64,000 bases of DNA, taken from NCBI GenBank assembly GCA_039932335.1, contig JBDTQH010000028.1:3728-67727 (forward strand). Reading direction: 5' to 3'. Under the pieces are notes generated by a model. It ran no database searches. It was not told where the DNA came from and was given only the letters and a program-made list of their open reading frames with translations. The stretch is from Chloroflexota bacterium (GTDB lineage Bacteria > Chloroflexota > Chloroflexia > QHBQ01 > JADMIH01). Made by a program: the position numbers and the translations under genes. Every line of letters starts with the position of its first letter. Position 1 is the stretch's first letter. This document shows positions 9,727 to 20,181 of the stretch, one piece after another.

Positions 9727-12669
9727 CTACTTCGATAGCTGCAGGCCGGAGAGGGGCACACACGCTGTGATAGTTGTGCCTCCACCGGGGGTACTTTCTA
9801 TGCTGTATTCGCCGCCAAACTGCTCTACGCGCTGATGCATTGTGCCGAGGCCCATGTGGCCGGCAGGGACGGAAGCGCGGTCGAAGCCGATGCCGTTATC
9901 CTTGATACAAAGGGTAAGAGAATCTTCGTCGGTTGATATACGGACCACGGCTCTTGTCGCCTTAGCGTGCTTCACGACGTTGTGCAGCGCTTCCTGGGTG
10001 ATCCTGTAGAGGGCTTCCTCGGCAGCAGGCTTGAGCCGAGGCATCTCGTGTCTCAGGTCAGCGACCACCTCGACGGGCAGCATCTCACGACCCTGGACAG
10101 CCGCGGCGTGCTTGCGGATGGCCTCTAAGAGACCTTCTTCCTCCAGAGCGCCGGGGCGCAGCTCAAATATTAGTGCTCGCATTTCGGCGAGCGCGCCCTG
10201 GGTAAGCTGGCGCAGGTCGGCCAATTTCTCCAGGGTTTGCGGCGAGTGCGTTCCTTCGCGCTGCAGGACCATTTCGGCGCTGCGTGCAATGAGGTTGATA
10301 CTGAACAGCGCCTGGGTGACTGAGTCATGCAACTCACGGGCAAGCCGCTGTCGTTCCTCGAGGCGGGCCTTGTCGTGCTCCTGTGAGAGCAGGCGGGCGT
10401 TCTCTACGGCGACGGCTGCCTGGTCGGCAATTACGCTGTGGAACGTTAGCTCTGCATCACCGATATCGCTGCTGGAGGTATGGTAGCTGAGCAATACGCC
10501 GACCACAGTGTCCCGGTAGACCATCGGCACGCCCACAGCGGCATCCCACGGGAGGTCTTTGACTATGTTGTGGAGGGGGTTATATTCCGGTGTATCAAGC
10601 ACCTTCCGGCGCAGGTCGCGCATGACTATGGTCTGCCGCCCCTCAAAGGCCTCCTGCATCAACAGATCTACCCCTGAAGCGAGTATCGCATTGAGCGCGG
10701 TGGGATATTCTTCGGGCAGACCGTATGAGCCTACCATGCGGGCCTGCTCTTCGTCGGTATCGCGGAGGACCACGGCTGAAGCGACCGCTCCCGTCACGTC
10801 AACCACTTGCCTGCAAAGGATATCGAGCGTGGGGTAGAGCGACCCACCATAGGCTACCTGTGAGGCGATCTGGGCGAGTGCGGCTGTTTTGCGCGTGGTT
10901 TCCTGGGCCTGCTCGTAAAGGCGGGCGTTCTCCACGGCTATGGCGGCCTGGTTGGCGATTGCCATGGCCAGTTCAGCGTGACGCTCGGTGTAGTAGCCGG
11001 GATCGCTGTGGCGAATCGTGAGGCCGCCAATCAGATTGTCTTTGAGCATGAGCGGCACATACATGATAGAGCGTTCTGCAAGAAGACGGCTTTCTACTGT
11101 TTCAGAGGGGTCGACGTCTTCACCTTCCAGCGCCCAGGCGACCGCTCTGCGCACGATATCAGCATATTGATCGTCGGCCAGCACGTCCGGCACGATAACC
11201 GTTTCGCCGCGCAGGAGCCTTTCGCTTATAGGGCCGAAAATCTCGAACGGCACGGAGCGCCCTGGTGGCGGCGAGTCGTTGGTCATATCGCCCCACGAGT
11301 TCAACAGCCTGGGGCTAAGACCTTCACCCTGCTCAATTGCGATCGTAGCGCGCCTGTAGCTGGCGACGAGCTTGAGCTGTTCAAGAATACTGTGTACCAG
11401 AGTATTCAGATCGAGGGTGGAGGCAACCTTGTTGGAAACATCAAGCAGCGTGGTTAGCTCGCGGGTGCGCTCCTCTACGCGCTGCTCAAGTAGCTCGAAT
11501 GCCTTTACTCTCTCGGTGATGTCGCGCAGGATGGTGAGGGTATGCAACTTCCCGTTGTACATGATGGGATTTTCGGTAATTTCCACATGGAACAGGCTGC
11601 CGTCTTTTCGGATATCTACCGCCTCGCACTGGAAACGTTCGCCCGCCCTGACCTTCTCGTAGTATTGTGCGAGGAGCGGGTAGCTATCCGGGTGAACATA
11701 TTCCGTGGGCGGCAGGGCCATCATCTCTTCGCGGGTGTAGCCGTGCATATTACACCAGGCGGGATTAAGCTCAACAGGGTTGGCGTCGAGATCGGAGATA
11801 GCCAAACCGTCGCTGGTCGACTCGAAGACGGCGCGGTACTGCTCTTCCTTCATGCGAATGTGCGCGGCTGCTTCTACCCTGTCGGTAATATCGCGAACAA
11901 GCCCCAGGACATGCGGCTCACCCTTGTACGTGAAGCCAATGCCGTGCACCTCGACATGGAATGAAGAGCCGTCCTTGCGAACATCCATCGCCTCGCAGTG
12001 GAACCGCTTGCCTGCGCGCACCGTTTCGAAGAACTCTGCCATGAGAAGATGGCTGTTAGGGTGGATGAACTCCGCCGGGCTAAGAGCAATCATCTCTTCG
12101 CGAGTGTAGCCGTGCATACTGCAAAAGGCAGGATTTACTTCAACTACGTTGCCGTCGAGGTCGTTTATAACAAGGCCGTCGGTGGTGGCCGCGAACACAG
12201 CGCGATATTGTTCTTCTGTGTATCTGAGCGGATTTTCGACACGCGTGCGCTCGATAGAAAAGAGGATGGAGCGCTCCAGAGAGTTAGGGTTTAGGTCGCC
12301 AATGGTCAGGAAGTCTTGCGCACCCGCCTGTAATGCCTGGATAGAGAGGTCTTCGTCTGCTACGTTTGAAAGCACAATGACGGCGACGCCAGGAGCGTGC
12401 AGTTGGAGGAGGGTAAGGTCGGTCAGATGCGGAGATGTGACGACAAGCAATATCGCATGGAAAACGCCTTTAGAGAGATATCCAACTGCTTCTGTGATGT
12501 CTTTCGCCTGCGTGAGAGTGGCTTCAATGCGAGCAGACCCGGTAAGTTGGTCTTGCAGGAAGGGGTGTTCCAGGTTCTCATCGATAAGCAAGAGGCTGAC
12601 AGGTCTACGCTGCGATGAGGCATCGCCAGGCAAGACAGGTGTGGTCTCTTCATTCAGAACGCGGCGCAT
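9727..12669 (-). CDS. Cytoplasmic sensor histidine kinase: degenerate REC + 2 PAS + 2 GAF + HisKA_3/HATPase
   Basis: EERQRLARELHDSVTQ, QEALHNVVKHA, DNGIGF, GHMGLGTM; tandem PAS repeats (VNPAFCSMHGY, LNPAWCNMHGY); ANQAAIAVENARL GAF ends; no TM helix. Confidence 0.93.
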   Translation of the reverse strand: MRRVLNEETTPVLPGDASSQRRPVSLLLIDENLEHPFLQDQLTGSARIEATLTQAKDITEAVGYLSKGVFHAILLVVTSPHLTDLTLLQLHAPGVAVIVLSNVADEDLSIQALQAGAQDFLTIGDLNPNSLERSILFSIERTRVENPLRYTEEQYRAVFAATTDGLVINDLDGNVVEVNPAFCSMHGYTREEMIALSPAEFIHPNSHLLMAEFFETVRAGKRFHCEAMDVRKDGSSFHVEVHGIGFTYKGEPHVLGLVRDITDRVEAAAHIRMKEEQYRAVFESTSDGLAISDLDANPVELNPAWCNMHGYTREEMMALPPTEYVHPDSYPLLAQYYEKVRAGERFQCEAVDIRKDGSLFHVEITENPIMYNGKLHTLTILRDITERVKAFELLEQRVEERTRELTTLLDVSNKVASTLDLNTLVHSILEQLKLVASYRRATIAIEQGEGLSPRLLNSWGDMTNDSPPPGRSVPFEIFGPISERLLRGETVIVPDVLADDQYADIVRRAVAWALEGEDVDPSETVESRLLAERSIMYVPLMLKDNLIGGLTIRHSDPGYYTERHAELAMAIANQAAIAVENARLYEQAQETTRKTAALAQIASQVAYGGSLYPTLDILCRQVVDVTGAVASAVVLRDTDEEQARMVGSYGLPEEYPTALNAILASGVDLLMQEAFEGRQTIVMRDLRRKVLDTPEYNPLHNIVKDLPWDAAVGVPMVYRDTVVGVLLSYHTSSSDIGDAELTFHSVIADQAAVAVENARLLSQEHDKARLEERQRLARELHDSVTQALFSINLIARSAEMVLQREGTHSPQTLEKLADLRQLTQGALAEMRALIFELRPGALEEEGLLEAIRKHAAAVQGREMLPVEVVADLRHEMPRLKPAAEEALYRITQEALHNVVKHAKATRAVVRISTDEDSLTLCIKDNGIGFDRASVPAGHMGLGTMHQRVEQFGGEYSIESTPGGGTTITACVPLSGLQLSK

Positions 12670-12775
12670 TTATGCTATCTCCCCGATACATGACAAAGCT
12701 CCCACAAAGACAGAGAGCAATTGTGGATAATGCTAACTTAACAAATCCAGGGGAGATTCGCAACTGTGGGAGCGT

Positions 12776-12906
12776 AAGTACCGAGTACCGAGTACCGAGT
12801 TGTTAGTTGACCGGCAACTTGACCAACTAAAACCATGAAACCTTGGTGTCTTCGCGTCTTGGCGTTTCAATTCCGTTCTTTACGTTTTACGTTTTACGTT
12901 TTACGC
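12776..12906. repeat. Heptamer tandem repeats (GTACCGA)n and (ACGTTTT)n
   Basis: Visible directly in the sequence. Confidence 0.8.
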
Positions 12907-12911
12907 TCGCT

Positions 12912-13280
12912 TCACCCTGCCGTGACCACGCCGCGGATGGCGGCCAGGAGTACGTCCGCATCGTCGTGCTTGGCGACGAAGGCGTCTGCGCCTGCTGCCA
13001 GGGCCTGGGCGCGGGTGGCTGGGTTATCGTAGACGGTGAGGATTACCACTTTTATCTCGGGGGCTACCGCACGGAGGGCCACCGTGGCGGCTATGCCGTT
13101 CATGTTAGGCATCTTTATATCGGTCAGTACGATGTCGGGGTGCAATTGCTGGGCTAAAGCCAGGGCTTCGTTGCCGTCTGCCGCGTAGCCTACGATGCTG
13201 AGGTCAGGCTCCAGCGCGAAGCATTGCTCGAGGGCGGCGAGCACAGAAGGTTGGTCGTCTACTATGAGGATTGTAAGCAT
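12912..13280 (-). CDS. Stand-alone receiver-domain response regulator
   Basis: ILIVDD, DIVLTDIKMP, ILTV, FVAK; no output domain. Confidence 0.88.
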   Translation of the reverse strand: MLTILIVDDQPSVLAALEQCFALEPDLSIVGYAADGNEALALAQQLHPDIVLTDIKMPNMNGIAATVALRAVAPEIKVVILTVYDNPATRAQALAAGADAFVAKHDDADVLLAAIRGVVTAG

Positions 13281-13440
13281 ATTAATTGGTCTTCCTGAGA
13301 AATATAGATTCAGGTGCCCCAGCATAATTGCACCGGGTGGGAAGATATGCTAGTATGAAACGGTGAATATTGCGTATGAATGAGCAGAGTCTAACCTGTG
13401 GGCACCTTATACGCACGATGCATAACAAGTATATCTAGCG

Positions 13441-13477
13441 CATCTTTCGGCCTAAACATTATGTAGGCCGAAAGATG
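13441..13477. promoter_or_regulatory. Perfect 14-bp inverted repeat upstream of the NarL-family regulator (putative operator)
   Basis: CATCTTTCGGCCTA-N9-TAGGCCGAAAGATG, 19 nt before ATG 13497. Confidence 0.6.
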
Positions 13478-13496
13478 TAGTGCCGTGGAGTTATGA

Positions 13497-14156
13497 ATGT
13501 CTATCCGTGTTCTGGTTGCCGATGATCACAGTGTGGTGCGCAAAGGACTTCGCAGTTTCCTGGGCTTGCACGCAGAGCTTGAGATAGTGGGAGAGGCCGC
13601 AGACGGGCAGGAAGCAGTGCGGATGGCGCACGAATTACTGCCAGATGTGGTGCTGATGGACCTGAAGATGCCGAAGATGGACGGCATTACTGCTATCGGC
13701 ATTATTCGCAAAGAACTGCCTGATGTTGAGGTGATCGCGCTCACGAGCGTGCTGGAAGACGCTGCTGTAATTGGGGCGATCCGGGCGGGGGCAATCGGCT
13801 ACATGCTGAAGGACACGGAAGCCGACGAGTTGTGCACGGCTATCGTTGCGGCGGCTGCCGGACAGGTGCAGCTTTCGCCGGCAGCCGCCGCCCGGCTGAT
13901 GCGCGAGGTGCGCGCTCCTGAAAGTCCTGAAAGCCTGACAGAGCGCGAAACAGACGTACTGCGGCTGCTGGCACAGGGCTCTTCTAACAAGGAGATCGCG
14001 CAGGGATTGACGCTGAGCGAGAAGACCGTGAAGACGCATGTCAGCAATATTCTGAGCAAGCTGGGTGTGCCGAGCCGAACGCAGGCTGCGTTGTATGCTG
14101 TGCGGGCAGGGCTGGTTGCACCGGACGTGCAGAGCCGCGTGCCCTGGGGCGGCTGA
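13497..14156 (+). CDS. NarL/LiaR-family response regulator (REC + LuxR HTH)
   Basis: VADDH, DVVLMDLKMP, LTERETDVL, SNKEIA, TVKTHVSNILSKL. Confidence 0.95.
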   Translation: MSIRVLVADDHSVVRKGLRSFLGLHAELEIVGEAADGQEAVRMAHELLPDVVLMDLKMPKMDGITAIGIIRKELPDVEVIALTSVLEDAAVIGAIRAGAIGYMLKDTEADELCTAIVAAAAGQVQLSPAAAARLMREVRAPESPESLTERETDVLRLLAQGSSNKEIAQGLTLSEKTVKTHVSNILSKLGVPSRTQAALYAVRAGLVAPDVQSRVPWGG

Positions 14157-14225
14157 GGCGCGTAGACGGGCGTTGCCGCTGGGCATTCCGTAGCGACCAC
14201 TTCTGCTTGGGGAGGATACCAACGC

Positions 14226-14345
14226 CCCTCACCCCCAACCCCCTCTCCCCGCTTCGCGGTGAAAGGGGGCTTCTTATTGATAAGTGGTTGGGGGACACCC
14301 CCAAACCCCCGGACAGGGAGCGCCCTGTCAACCCCTTTTGGTTGT
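14226..14345 (+). repeat. REP-like CCCTCACCCC/GGGGACACCCC composite repeat
   Basis: CCCTCACCCCCAACCCCCTCTCCCCGCTTCGCGG...GGGGACACCCC...GGACAGGGAGCGCCCTGTC; very similar copy at 30030-30140. Confidence 0.75.
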
Positions 14346-14776
14346 CGAGAATGCGAGCACACCCCATACCCCTGACAGAGAGTGTTCTGGAGTGCGCGCC
14401 AGCTTTAAGGTGACTATATACAGCCCACTTCGTGGGCTTGGATGGGTGGCTATCGGGGAGTTGCTCTCCAAGCTTGCCTAACAGATTCGCCTAACTCGTG
14501 GCGCGAACGCGTGTCCTGGCGATCTTTCTCTGCACTGAACCAGGGAACGAAGTAGGAGGTTTGCGTCTAGTTGTTTATAATGGCAATTGGTCTGTGCTGC
14601 GCTCGCGGCAGCGGGGTCGGCTTGATTGGTGGCAAGGTGATTGCTGAATGAAGCCAATACAGCCATAAGAGTCAAGCAGTTAGACAGGCCGGTTGATTCT
14701 CTTTTCATGCGCTGAAGCAGGCTGTGCAAAGCTGCACACAGGGGCATAAGCCCCGCAGGTAAGAATTATCGCTAAG

Positions 14777-17251
14777 TTGAGGAGTAAATCTATGTACGTG
14801 TTTGACACAGCTATTTCCAGTGCAGTAGTTGGTGATGGAACCGGCAGAGAAAACGGCAAATCAGCGGCTACAGAAGAGAAGCCTGTGCAGGGGCCGCTCT
14901 CTCCCGAATTGCTGGACAAGATGCAGCGCTACTGGCAGGCGGCCAACTACCTCACTATCGGGCAGATATATTTGCAGGACAACCCGCTTATGCGGTATCC
15001 CCTGCGTGCTGACCAGATTAAGCCGCGCCTGCTCGGACACTGGGGCACATCACCCGGACTAAGCTTTATCTATGTGCATCTGAACAGGCTCATAAAGGAG
15101 CGAGATGCAAACATGATTTACCTGGCGGGACCGGGACATGGCGGTCCTGCACTCATTGCGAACGTCTACCTGGAGGGCACGTACACAGAGATTTACCCTG
15201 ACATCACACAGGACGTTGAAGGCATAAGGCGGTTGTTCCGGCAGTTCTCTACGCCGGGCGGCGTGCCGAGCCATGTCAGTGTGCCGACACCCGGCTCTAT
15301 ACATGAGGGCGGGGAGCTTGGCTATGTGCTTACTCATGCGTTTGGGGCAGCATTTGATAATCCGGATTTGATCGCGGTGGCAGTAGTGGGCGATGGTGAG
15401 GCCGAGACGGGACCGCTCAGCGGCTCATGGCAAGGGGTCAGCTTCCTCAATCCGGCTCGCGATGGGGCTGTGCTGCCAATTCTGCACCTGAACGGATATA
15501 AGATCGCCAACCCTACTGTGCTGGCGAGAGCGAGCGACGAAGATGTGCGCGCGTTGTTCCAGGGTCATGGATACGATATGCACTTCGTGGAAGGCGATGA
15601 CCCGGCGGAGGTGCACCAGAAGTTCGCGGCCACTCTGGATAGCTGTTACGACAAGATCCGGGCGATCCAGGAAGATGCTCGCGCTAACGGTGTTCATGAT
15701 CGACCGCGCTGGCCCATGATCGTGCTGCGTACACCCAAAGGCTGGACAGGACCGGACGTAGTAGACGGCCTGCCGGTGGAGGGCACATTCCGCTCGCACC
15801 AGGTGCCGCTCGACAATGTCCGGAAGAATAAAGAGCATCTTGCCGAGCTTGAAAAATGGCTTACCAGCTATGGACCGGACGAGCTGTTTGACCGCGAAGG
15901 CAGGCTAAAGCCGGAGTTGGCCGAGCTGGCTCCAGAGGGCGACCGGCGCATGGGAGCCAATCCACACGCCAACGGCGGGAAGCTGCTCGTTGATCTCGCC
16001 ATACCGAACTTTGAGGACTATGCGTTCGCGGTGGAAAATCCGGCTACCGAGCGCGTTGAGTCGACGCGCCAACTGGGCAAGATGTTGCGCGATATTTATG
16101 TGGCGAACCGCGAGGAGGCCAATTTCCGCCTCTTCTGCCCGGACGAGACCAATTCCAACAGGCTGGGTAATGTGTTCGAGGTAGAGAATCGCTGCTTCGT
16201 GGGCAAGACGATCTCCATCGACGACCATGTATCACCTGACGGGCGCGTGATGGAGATATTGAGCGAGCATAACTGCGAAGGCTGGCTTGAAGGCTATCTG
16301 CTCACCGGACGTCACGGCATGTTCGCTACGTATGAGGCGTTCGCTATGGTGGCAGCATCGATGATAGTGCAGCACACCAAGTGGATGCAGGAGGCGAGGA
16401 GCCTGGCCTGGCGCGACTCGATTGCCTCGCTCAACATACTGCTGACGTCCACATCGTGGCGCAACGACCACAACGGGTTCAGTCACCAGGGGCCGGGCCT
16501 TATCGATGTGATGATTTCAAAGAGGGGCACGGTAACACGTATCTATCTACCGCCGGATGCCAACTGCCTGCTGTCGGTAGCCGACCACTGCCTGCGCAGC
16601 CGTAATTATGTCAATCTGATCGTGCAGGACAAGCAGCCACAGTTGCAATACCTGTCGATGGATGAAGCCATAGAGCATTGCGCAAAGGGCGCTTCGAGAT
16701 GGAACTGGGCATCTAACGACCAGGGCTTCGAGCCGGATGTTGTGCTGGCGTGCGCGGGCGATATCCCCACGATGGAGACAATTGCGGCGGCATGGTGGCT
16801 GCGCAATAACATCCCTGAAATAAAAGTGCGCGTAGTCAACATCGTGGACCTCATGACGCTCTTCCCACCGTCTATACACCCTCACGGCATGAGCGAAACG
16901 GCGTTTGTGAACCTGTTTACCGCCGACAGACCGGTGGTCTTTGCGTTCCACGGCTACCAGCGCGCCATACACCAGCTTGTGCATGGACGTGCCAATCCTG
17001 AGCGGTTCCATGTCAGAGGGTTCAACGAGCAGGGCACAACCACAACGCCGTTCGACATGGTGGTGCTGAATGACATGAGCCGATATCACCTCGCGATAGA
17101 CGCCATGAACTGCGCTACCCGACTGCGCGCCAGCACAGCACCCCTTATAGACGAATGCCGCACGCTGATTCAACGCGCCGTGGCATATTCCCGCGAGCAC
17201 TTCGAGGATATGCCTGAAATAAGCAACTGGGTTTGGACGCGGGATAAGTAA
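14777..17251 (+). CDS. xfp: Phosphoketolase (XFP family); start uncertain (14777, 14792 or later)
   Basis: [40 protein letters not shown] motif, [25 protein letters not shown]. Confidence 0.96.
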   Translation: MRSKSMYVFDTAISSAVVGDGTGRENGKSAATEEKPVQGPLSPELLDKMQRYWQAANYLTIGQIYLQDNPLMRYPLRADQIKPRLLGHWGTSPGLSFIYVHLNRLIKERDANMIYLAGPGHGGPALIANVYLEGTYTEIYPDITQDVEGIRRLFRQFSTPGGVPSHVSVPTPGSIHEGGELGYVLTHAFGAAFDNPDLIAVAVVGDGEAETGPLSGSWQGVSFLNPARDGAVLPILHLNGYKIANPTVLARASDEDVRALFQGHGYDMHFVEGDDPAEVHQKFAATLDSCYDKIRAIQEDARANGVHDRPRWPMIVLRTPKGWTGPDVVDGLPVEGTFRSHQVPLDNVRKNKEHLAELEKWLTSYGPDELFDREGRLKPELAELAPEGDRRMGANPHANGGKLLVDLAIPNFEDYAFAVENPATERVESTRQLGKMLRDIYVANREEANFRLFCPDETNSNRLGNVFEVENRCFVGKTISIDDHVSPDGRVMEILSEHNCEGWLEGYLLTGRHGMFATYEAFAMVAASMIVQHTKWMQEARSLAWRDSIASLNILLTSTSWRNDHNGFSHQGPGLIDVMISKRGTVTRIYLPPDANCLLSVADHCLRSRNYVNLIVQDKQPQLQYLSMDEAIEHCAKGASRWNWASNDQGFEPDVVLACAGDIPTMETIAAAWWLRNNIPEIKVRVVNIVDLMTLFPPSIHPHGMSETAFVNLFTADRPVVFAFHGYQRAIHQLVHGRANPERFHVRGFNEQGTTTTPFDMVVLNDMSRYHLAIDAMNCATRLRASTAPLIDECRTLIQRAVAYSREHFEDMPEISNWVWTRDK

Positions 17252-17289
17252 GTAGATAATGCTTACGGCCTCATGGCCGGGATATTACG

Positions 17290-17329
17290 GCAAGAAGGCT
17301 ATGCGTTTCACACTGCATAGCTTTCTTGC
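17290..17329 (+). terminator. Hairpin terminator after xfp
   Basis: GCAAGAAGGCTATGC...GCATAGCTTTCTTGC. Confidence 0.6.
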
Positions 17330-17381
17330 CGTTTGTTACAATGATGCATAGAAAACAGAGCTGATGAGAGTAATTGAAATA

Positions 17382-17559
17382 GTAAATGTTCAGATTCAGG
17401 GCGGAGCAACTTGACATGTCGCTAACGGAAGACCCACCGCCCCCCGCTTCGCTCATACCCCTCCCACATGTGGGAGGGGAGCCTAAAAAGGGAAGAATGG
17501 GGGACACCCCCATACCCAGTCATGGGCTGCGCCCCTGCACCCCTAGTCTGAGCTCTTAC
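17382..17559. mobile_element. IS66-like MITE copy B
   Basis: GTAAATGTTCAGA...TCTGAGCTCTTAC; flanks TTGAAATA/CTGAAGCA (5/8 match, transitions only). Confidence 0.75.
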
Positions 17560-17574
17560 CTGAAGCAAAGGGAT

Positions 17575-18429
17575 ATGTTCATGGAGTCGTTGACGCACAA
17601 TCCGGTTCTGGCGGCTGATGCTGCCGTTGATTTGCAATTGCACACTACTTACAGCGACGGTGTGTGGACGCCTGAGGGGCTGCTCGATTACCTCTTGGGA
17701 GAGCAATTCGGCCTGGTGGCAGTAACCGACCATGACAGCGTGGAAAGCGCGGCAGCTTTGCAAATCCTGGGTGCTCAGAAGGGATTACCGGTGCTGGCTG
17801 CTGTGGAAATGAGCACGTCCTGGAAGGGCGGGGCTACTGATGTACTCTGCTATGGGTTCAAGCCAGGACCAAGCGAACTACAGAAGCTTGCACAGGTAGT
17901 GGTGCGCCGCCAACCGGAGATCACATGGGGTGTGTATCTGGAGCTGAAGAAGAGGGGCTATGAATTTCCGGCTGATTACGACGAGTCGGGAGAAAAGCCG
18001 CTCCAGCCGCAGGAGCTTGGTCTGATGTTGCAACAGCAGGGCTATAGCACGGGGCCGGGTTCCATAGGGAAGATTATGACCGATGCGGGCTTCTACTTCG
18101 CGACCAACGATATTGCTGCCGTGGTGGATGCAGCCCACCGCAACGGGGCTGTGTGCATCATCGCGCATCCGGGCCGGGGCGGAGACTTTACCCGCTATGA
18201 TGGGGATTTGCTGGACGAGCTACGCAGCGAAGTGCCCATTGACGGCATCGAGGCATACTATCCACTGCACACTCCCGAACAGGTCGCCATGTATGTAGAG
18301 TACGCCGGGCGGTACGGTCTACTGGTTAGCTCCGGGTCAGACTCGCATGGTCCCGACAAGAAACCGATCAAGTATCGTGCTGAACTCAGCCGCGAGCTAC
18401 TTGAGCGGGTTGGCATACGGGTCCGGTAG
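17575..18429 (+). CDS. PHP-domain phosphoesterase
   Basis: DLQLHTTYSDG, AVTDHD, AVEMST, AHPGR, DGIEAYY, SSGSDSHG. The ORF-track N-terminal extension is MITE sequence. Confidence 0.9.
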   Translation: MFMESLTHNPVLAADAAVDLQLHTTYSDGVWTPEGLLDYLLGEQFGLVAVTDHDSVESAAALQILGAQKGLPVLAAVEMSTSWKGGATDVLCYGFKPGPSELQKLAQVVVRRQPEITWGVYLELKKRGYEFPADYDESGEKPLQPQELGLMLQQQGYSTGPGSIGKIMTDAGFYFATNDIAAVVDAAHRNGAVCIIAHPGRGGDFTRYDGDLLDELRSEVPIDGIEAYYPLHTPEQVAMYVEYAGRYGLLVSSGSDSHGPDKKPIKYRAELSRELLERVGIRVR

Positions 18430-18455
18430 GCGGCACGGTCTATTCATTCTCAGAG

Positions 18456-18564
18456 AGGGGTGCAGGGGTACTCCCTGCCGGGGTTTGGGGTGTCCTCAAC
18501 TCTTCTTTTCTTCTCTTCCCTCTCCACAAAGTGGGATCAGAGGAGCGGGGTCGAGGGTGAGAGG
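18456..18564 (-). repeat. Degenerate REP-like GGGGTGCAGGGG/CCCTCACCC repeat
   Basis: GAGGGGTGCAGGGGTACTCCCTGCCGGGGTTTGGGGTGTCC...GGGGTCGAGGGTGAGAGG, related to the MITE core. Confidence 0.6.
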
Positions 18565-18661
18565 TCTTTCCGCTCTATTTAATGAAAATGAATAGACCCT
18601 GCGGTAGGCGGGTTGCTGTGGTAAACTGCAAATGAAGTGAAATAATGCAGGGGGAAGCAAA

Positions 18662-19216
18662 ATGCGGCTAATAGACAAAGCGATTGAAGTGGCGGCACGG
18701 GCACACAGAAACCAGGTTCGCAAAGGGACAGACATACCCTATATCGCGCACCCTTGTGGGGTCGCGATGATGCTGGCGCAATCGGGCTGTCGTGATGAAG
18801 TGGTGGCGGCGGGCGTACTCCATGATACGGTAGAGGATACCGACCTTACGCTTGAATACTTACTGGAGGAGTTCGGGGAGGAAGTAGCGGCTATCGTGGA
18901 AGGGTGCTCGGAGCCGTCGAAATCAATGAGTTGGGAAGAACGAAAGAAGCACACTATCGAGCACATGGCGACGGCTTCATGGGAGGTACGCGCTGTGTCG
19001 TGCGCTGATAAGCTGTATAACCTCCGAAGCATCGCGTACGGCGAGGAGACACTGGGAGAGGAAGTGTGGACGCGCTTCAAGAGGGGCCGCACAGAGCAGG
19101 AGTGGTATTACAGGAGCATGGCAGACGTGCTCAGCATAACGCACCCCGGCGAGCCTGGAGTGCCGCTCAGTAGAGAGTTCCGCGAAGAGGTCGAGAAGGT
19201 GTTCCCACGGTCCTAG
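18662..19216 (+). CDS. Small HD-domain hydrolase (SpoT/Mesh1-like, putative small alarmone hydrolase)
   Basis: AH-xxQ-RKGTDIPYIAHP, LHDTVEDT, ADKLYNL. Confidence 0.88.
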   Translation: MRLIDKAIEVAARAHRNQVRKGTDIPYIAHPCGVAMMLAQSGCRDEVVAAGVLHDTVEDTDLTLEYLLEEFGEEVAAIVEGCSEPSKSMSWEERKKHTIEHMATASWEVRAVSCADKLYNLRSIAYGEETLGEEVWTRFKRGRTEQEWYYRSMADVLSITHPGEPGVPLSREFREEVEKVFPRS

Positions 19217-19268
19217 CCTCAATCGCCGGGAATTGATTTCAAACCTGCCGGATAAGGAGGTAGCCATC

Positions 19269-19775
19269 ATGACACAGCCCCTAAACAACGGCAGGAGCAC
19301 GCAGGCTTCACAGATCATCAACGGGCCGCGCGAGGCGGTCTATGGGGCGTTCCTTGAGCCGAACGCGGTGGCCCGGTGGCTACCACCCGACGGCATGATA
19401 GGTCAGATCCATGCCTTCAATCCGCGAGAAGGCGGCAAGTTTCGAATGTCGCTTACGTATGTGGATGGGCAAGATAGACCACCCGGCAAAACATCTGAAG
19501 ACACAGATACGTTCGAGGGGAGCTTTGTCGAAATGCGCCCATACGAGAAGATTGTCTGGGCCGTTGATTTCGAATCGGATCAACAGGACATTGCGGGCCG
19601 GATGACAATCACCTGGAGCTTCGCGGACAGCGACGGAGAGACTGAGGTCACTGCACTCTGCGAGAACATTCCACCGGGCATAAGCCTGGAAGACAACGAA
19701 CTGGGTTCAAGATTATCCCTGCGAAAGCTGGCTGCCTTCATCGAGCAGGGTATCACAGATGGCTCTCTGCCCTGA
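19269..19775 (+). CDS. SRPBCC/AHSA1-like protein
   Basis: PREAVYGAF, WLPPDGM, REGGKFRMSL, GSFVEMRPYEKIV; RBS AAGGAGG. Confidence 0.88.
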   Translation: MTQPLNNGRSTQASQIINGPREAVYGAFLEPNAVARWLPPDGMIGQIHAFNPREGGKFRMSLTYVDGQDRPPGKTSEDTDTFEGSFVEMRPYEKIVWAVDFESDQQDIAGRMTITWSFADSDGETEVTALCENIPPGISLEDNELGSRLSLRKLAAFIEQGITDGSLP

Positions 19776-19785
19776 TAGATACCCT

Positions 19786-20113
19786 GAATACCGGGCTAAC
19801 AAAATAATGTCAGTGCCGCCGCCTCCCCTGGCCATTGTCATTCTGAACAGAGTGAAGAATCTCGTCCCCTTCTCTTCTCTTGGGATTGCTCATAAAGGGA
19901 ACATAGTCCTGTTTTGCGAGATTCTTCACTTCGCTCTGTACCGTACTAACAAGGAATTGGCAGGAAAGCGCACACCACCAAGCAGTGTTATTGTGAGCGT
20001 AGCGAAGAATCCGTTCGGGTAGAAATTAGTATGGAGGTTGATTCTTCACTGCGTTCAGAATGACAAGGTAAACAGACACGCTTACCTGCCACTTCTTTGT
20101 TAGCGACGTACTG
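19786..20113. mobile_element. Nested MITE family 2: truncated copy (19786-19935) abutting a complete copy (19936-20113)
   Basis: 19786-19935 is the reverse complement of ~3925-4079. The inner element has TIR CTGTACCGTACTAACAAGGAATTGGCAGG / CCTGCCACTTCTTTGTTAGCGACGTACTG. Confidence 0.7.
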
Positions 20114-20131
20114 AATATGACACAACTTAAT

Positions 20132-20166
20132 AAAGAAAGCCCGCCGGAATATGGCGGGCTTTCTTT
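20132..20166. terminator. Bidirectional intrinsic terminator
   Basis: AAAGAAAGCCCGCC...GGCGGGCTTTCTTT between convergent genes. Confidence 0.8.
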
Positions 20167-20181
20167 GTTTGCAGTGAGCGA

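Noticed and set aside
17386-17574. N-terminal extensions and small ORFs such as MFRFRAEQ/MFRFRVEQ, MSRIGVA and CHSERSEES
   Set aside because: They are translations of MITE/REP sequence; their recurrence reflects the DNA repeat, not a protein family.
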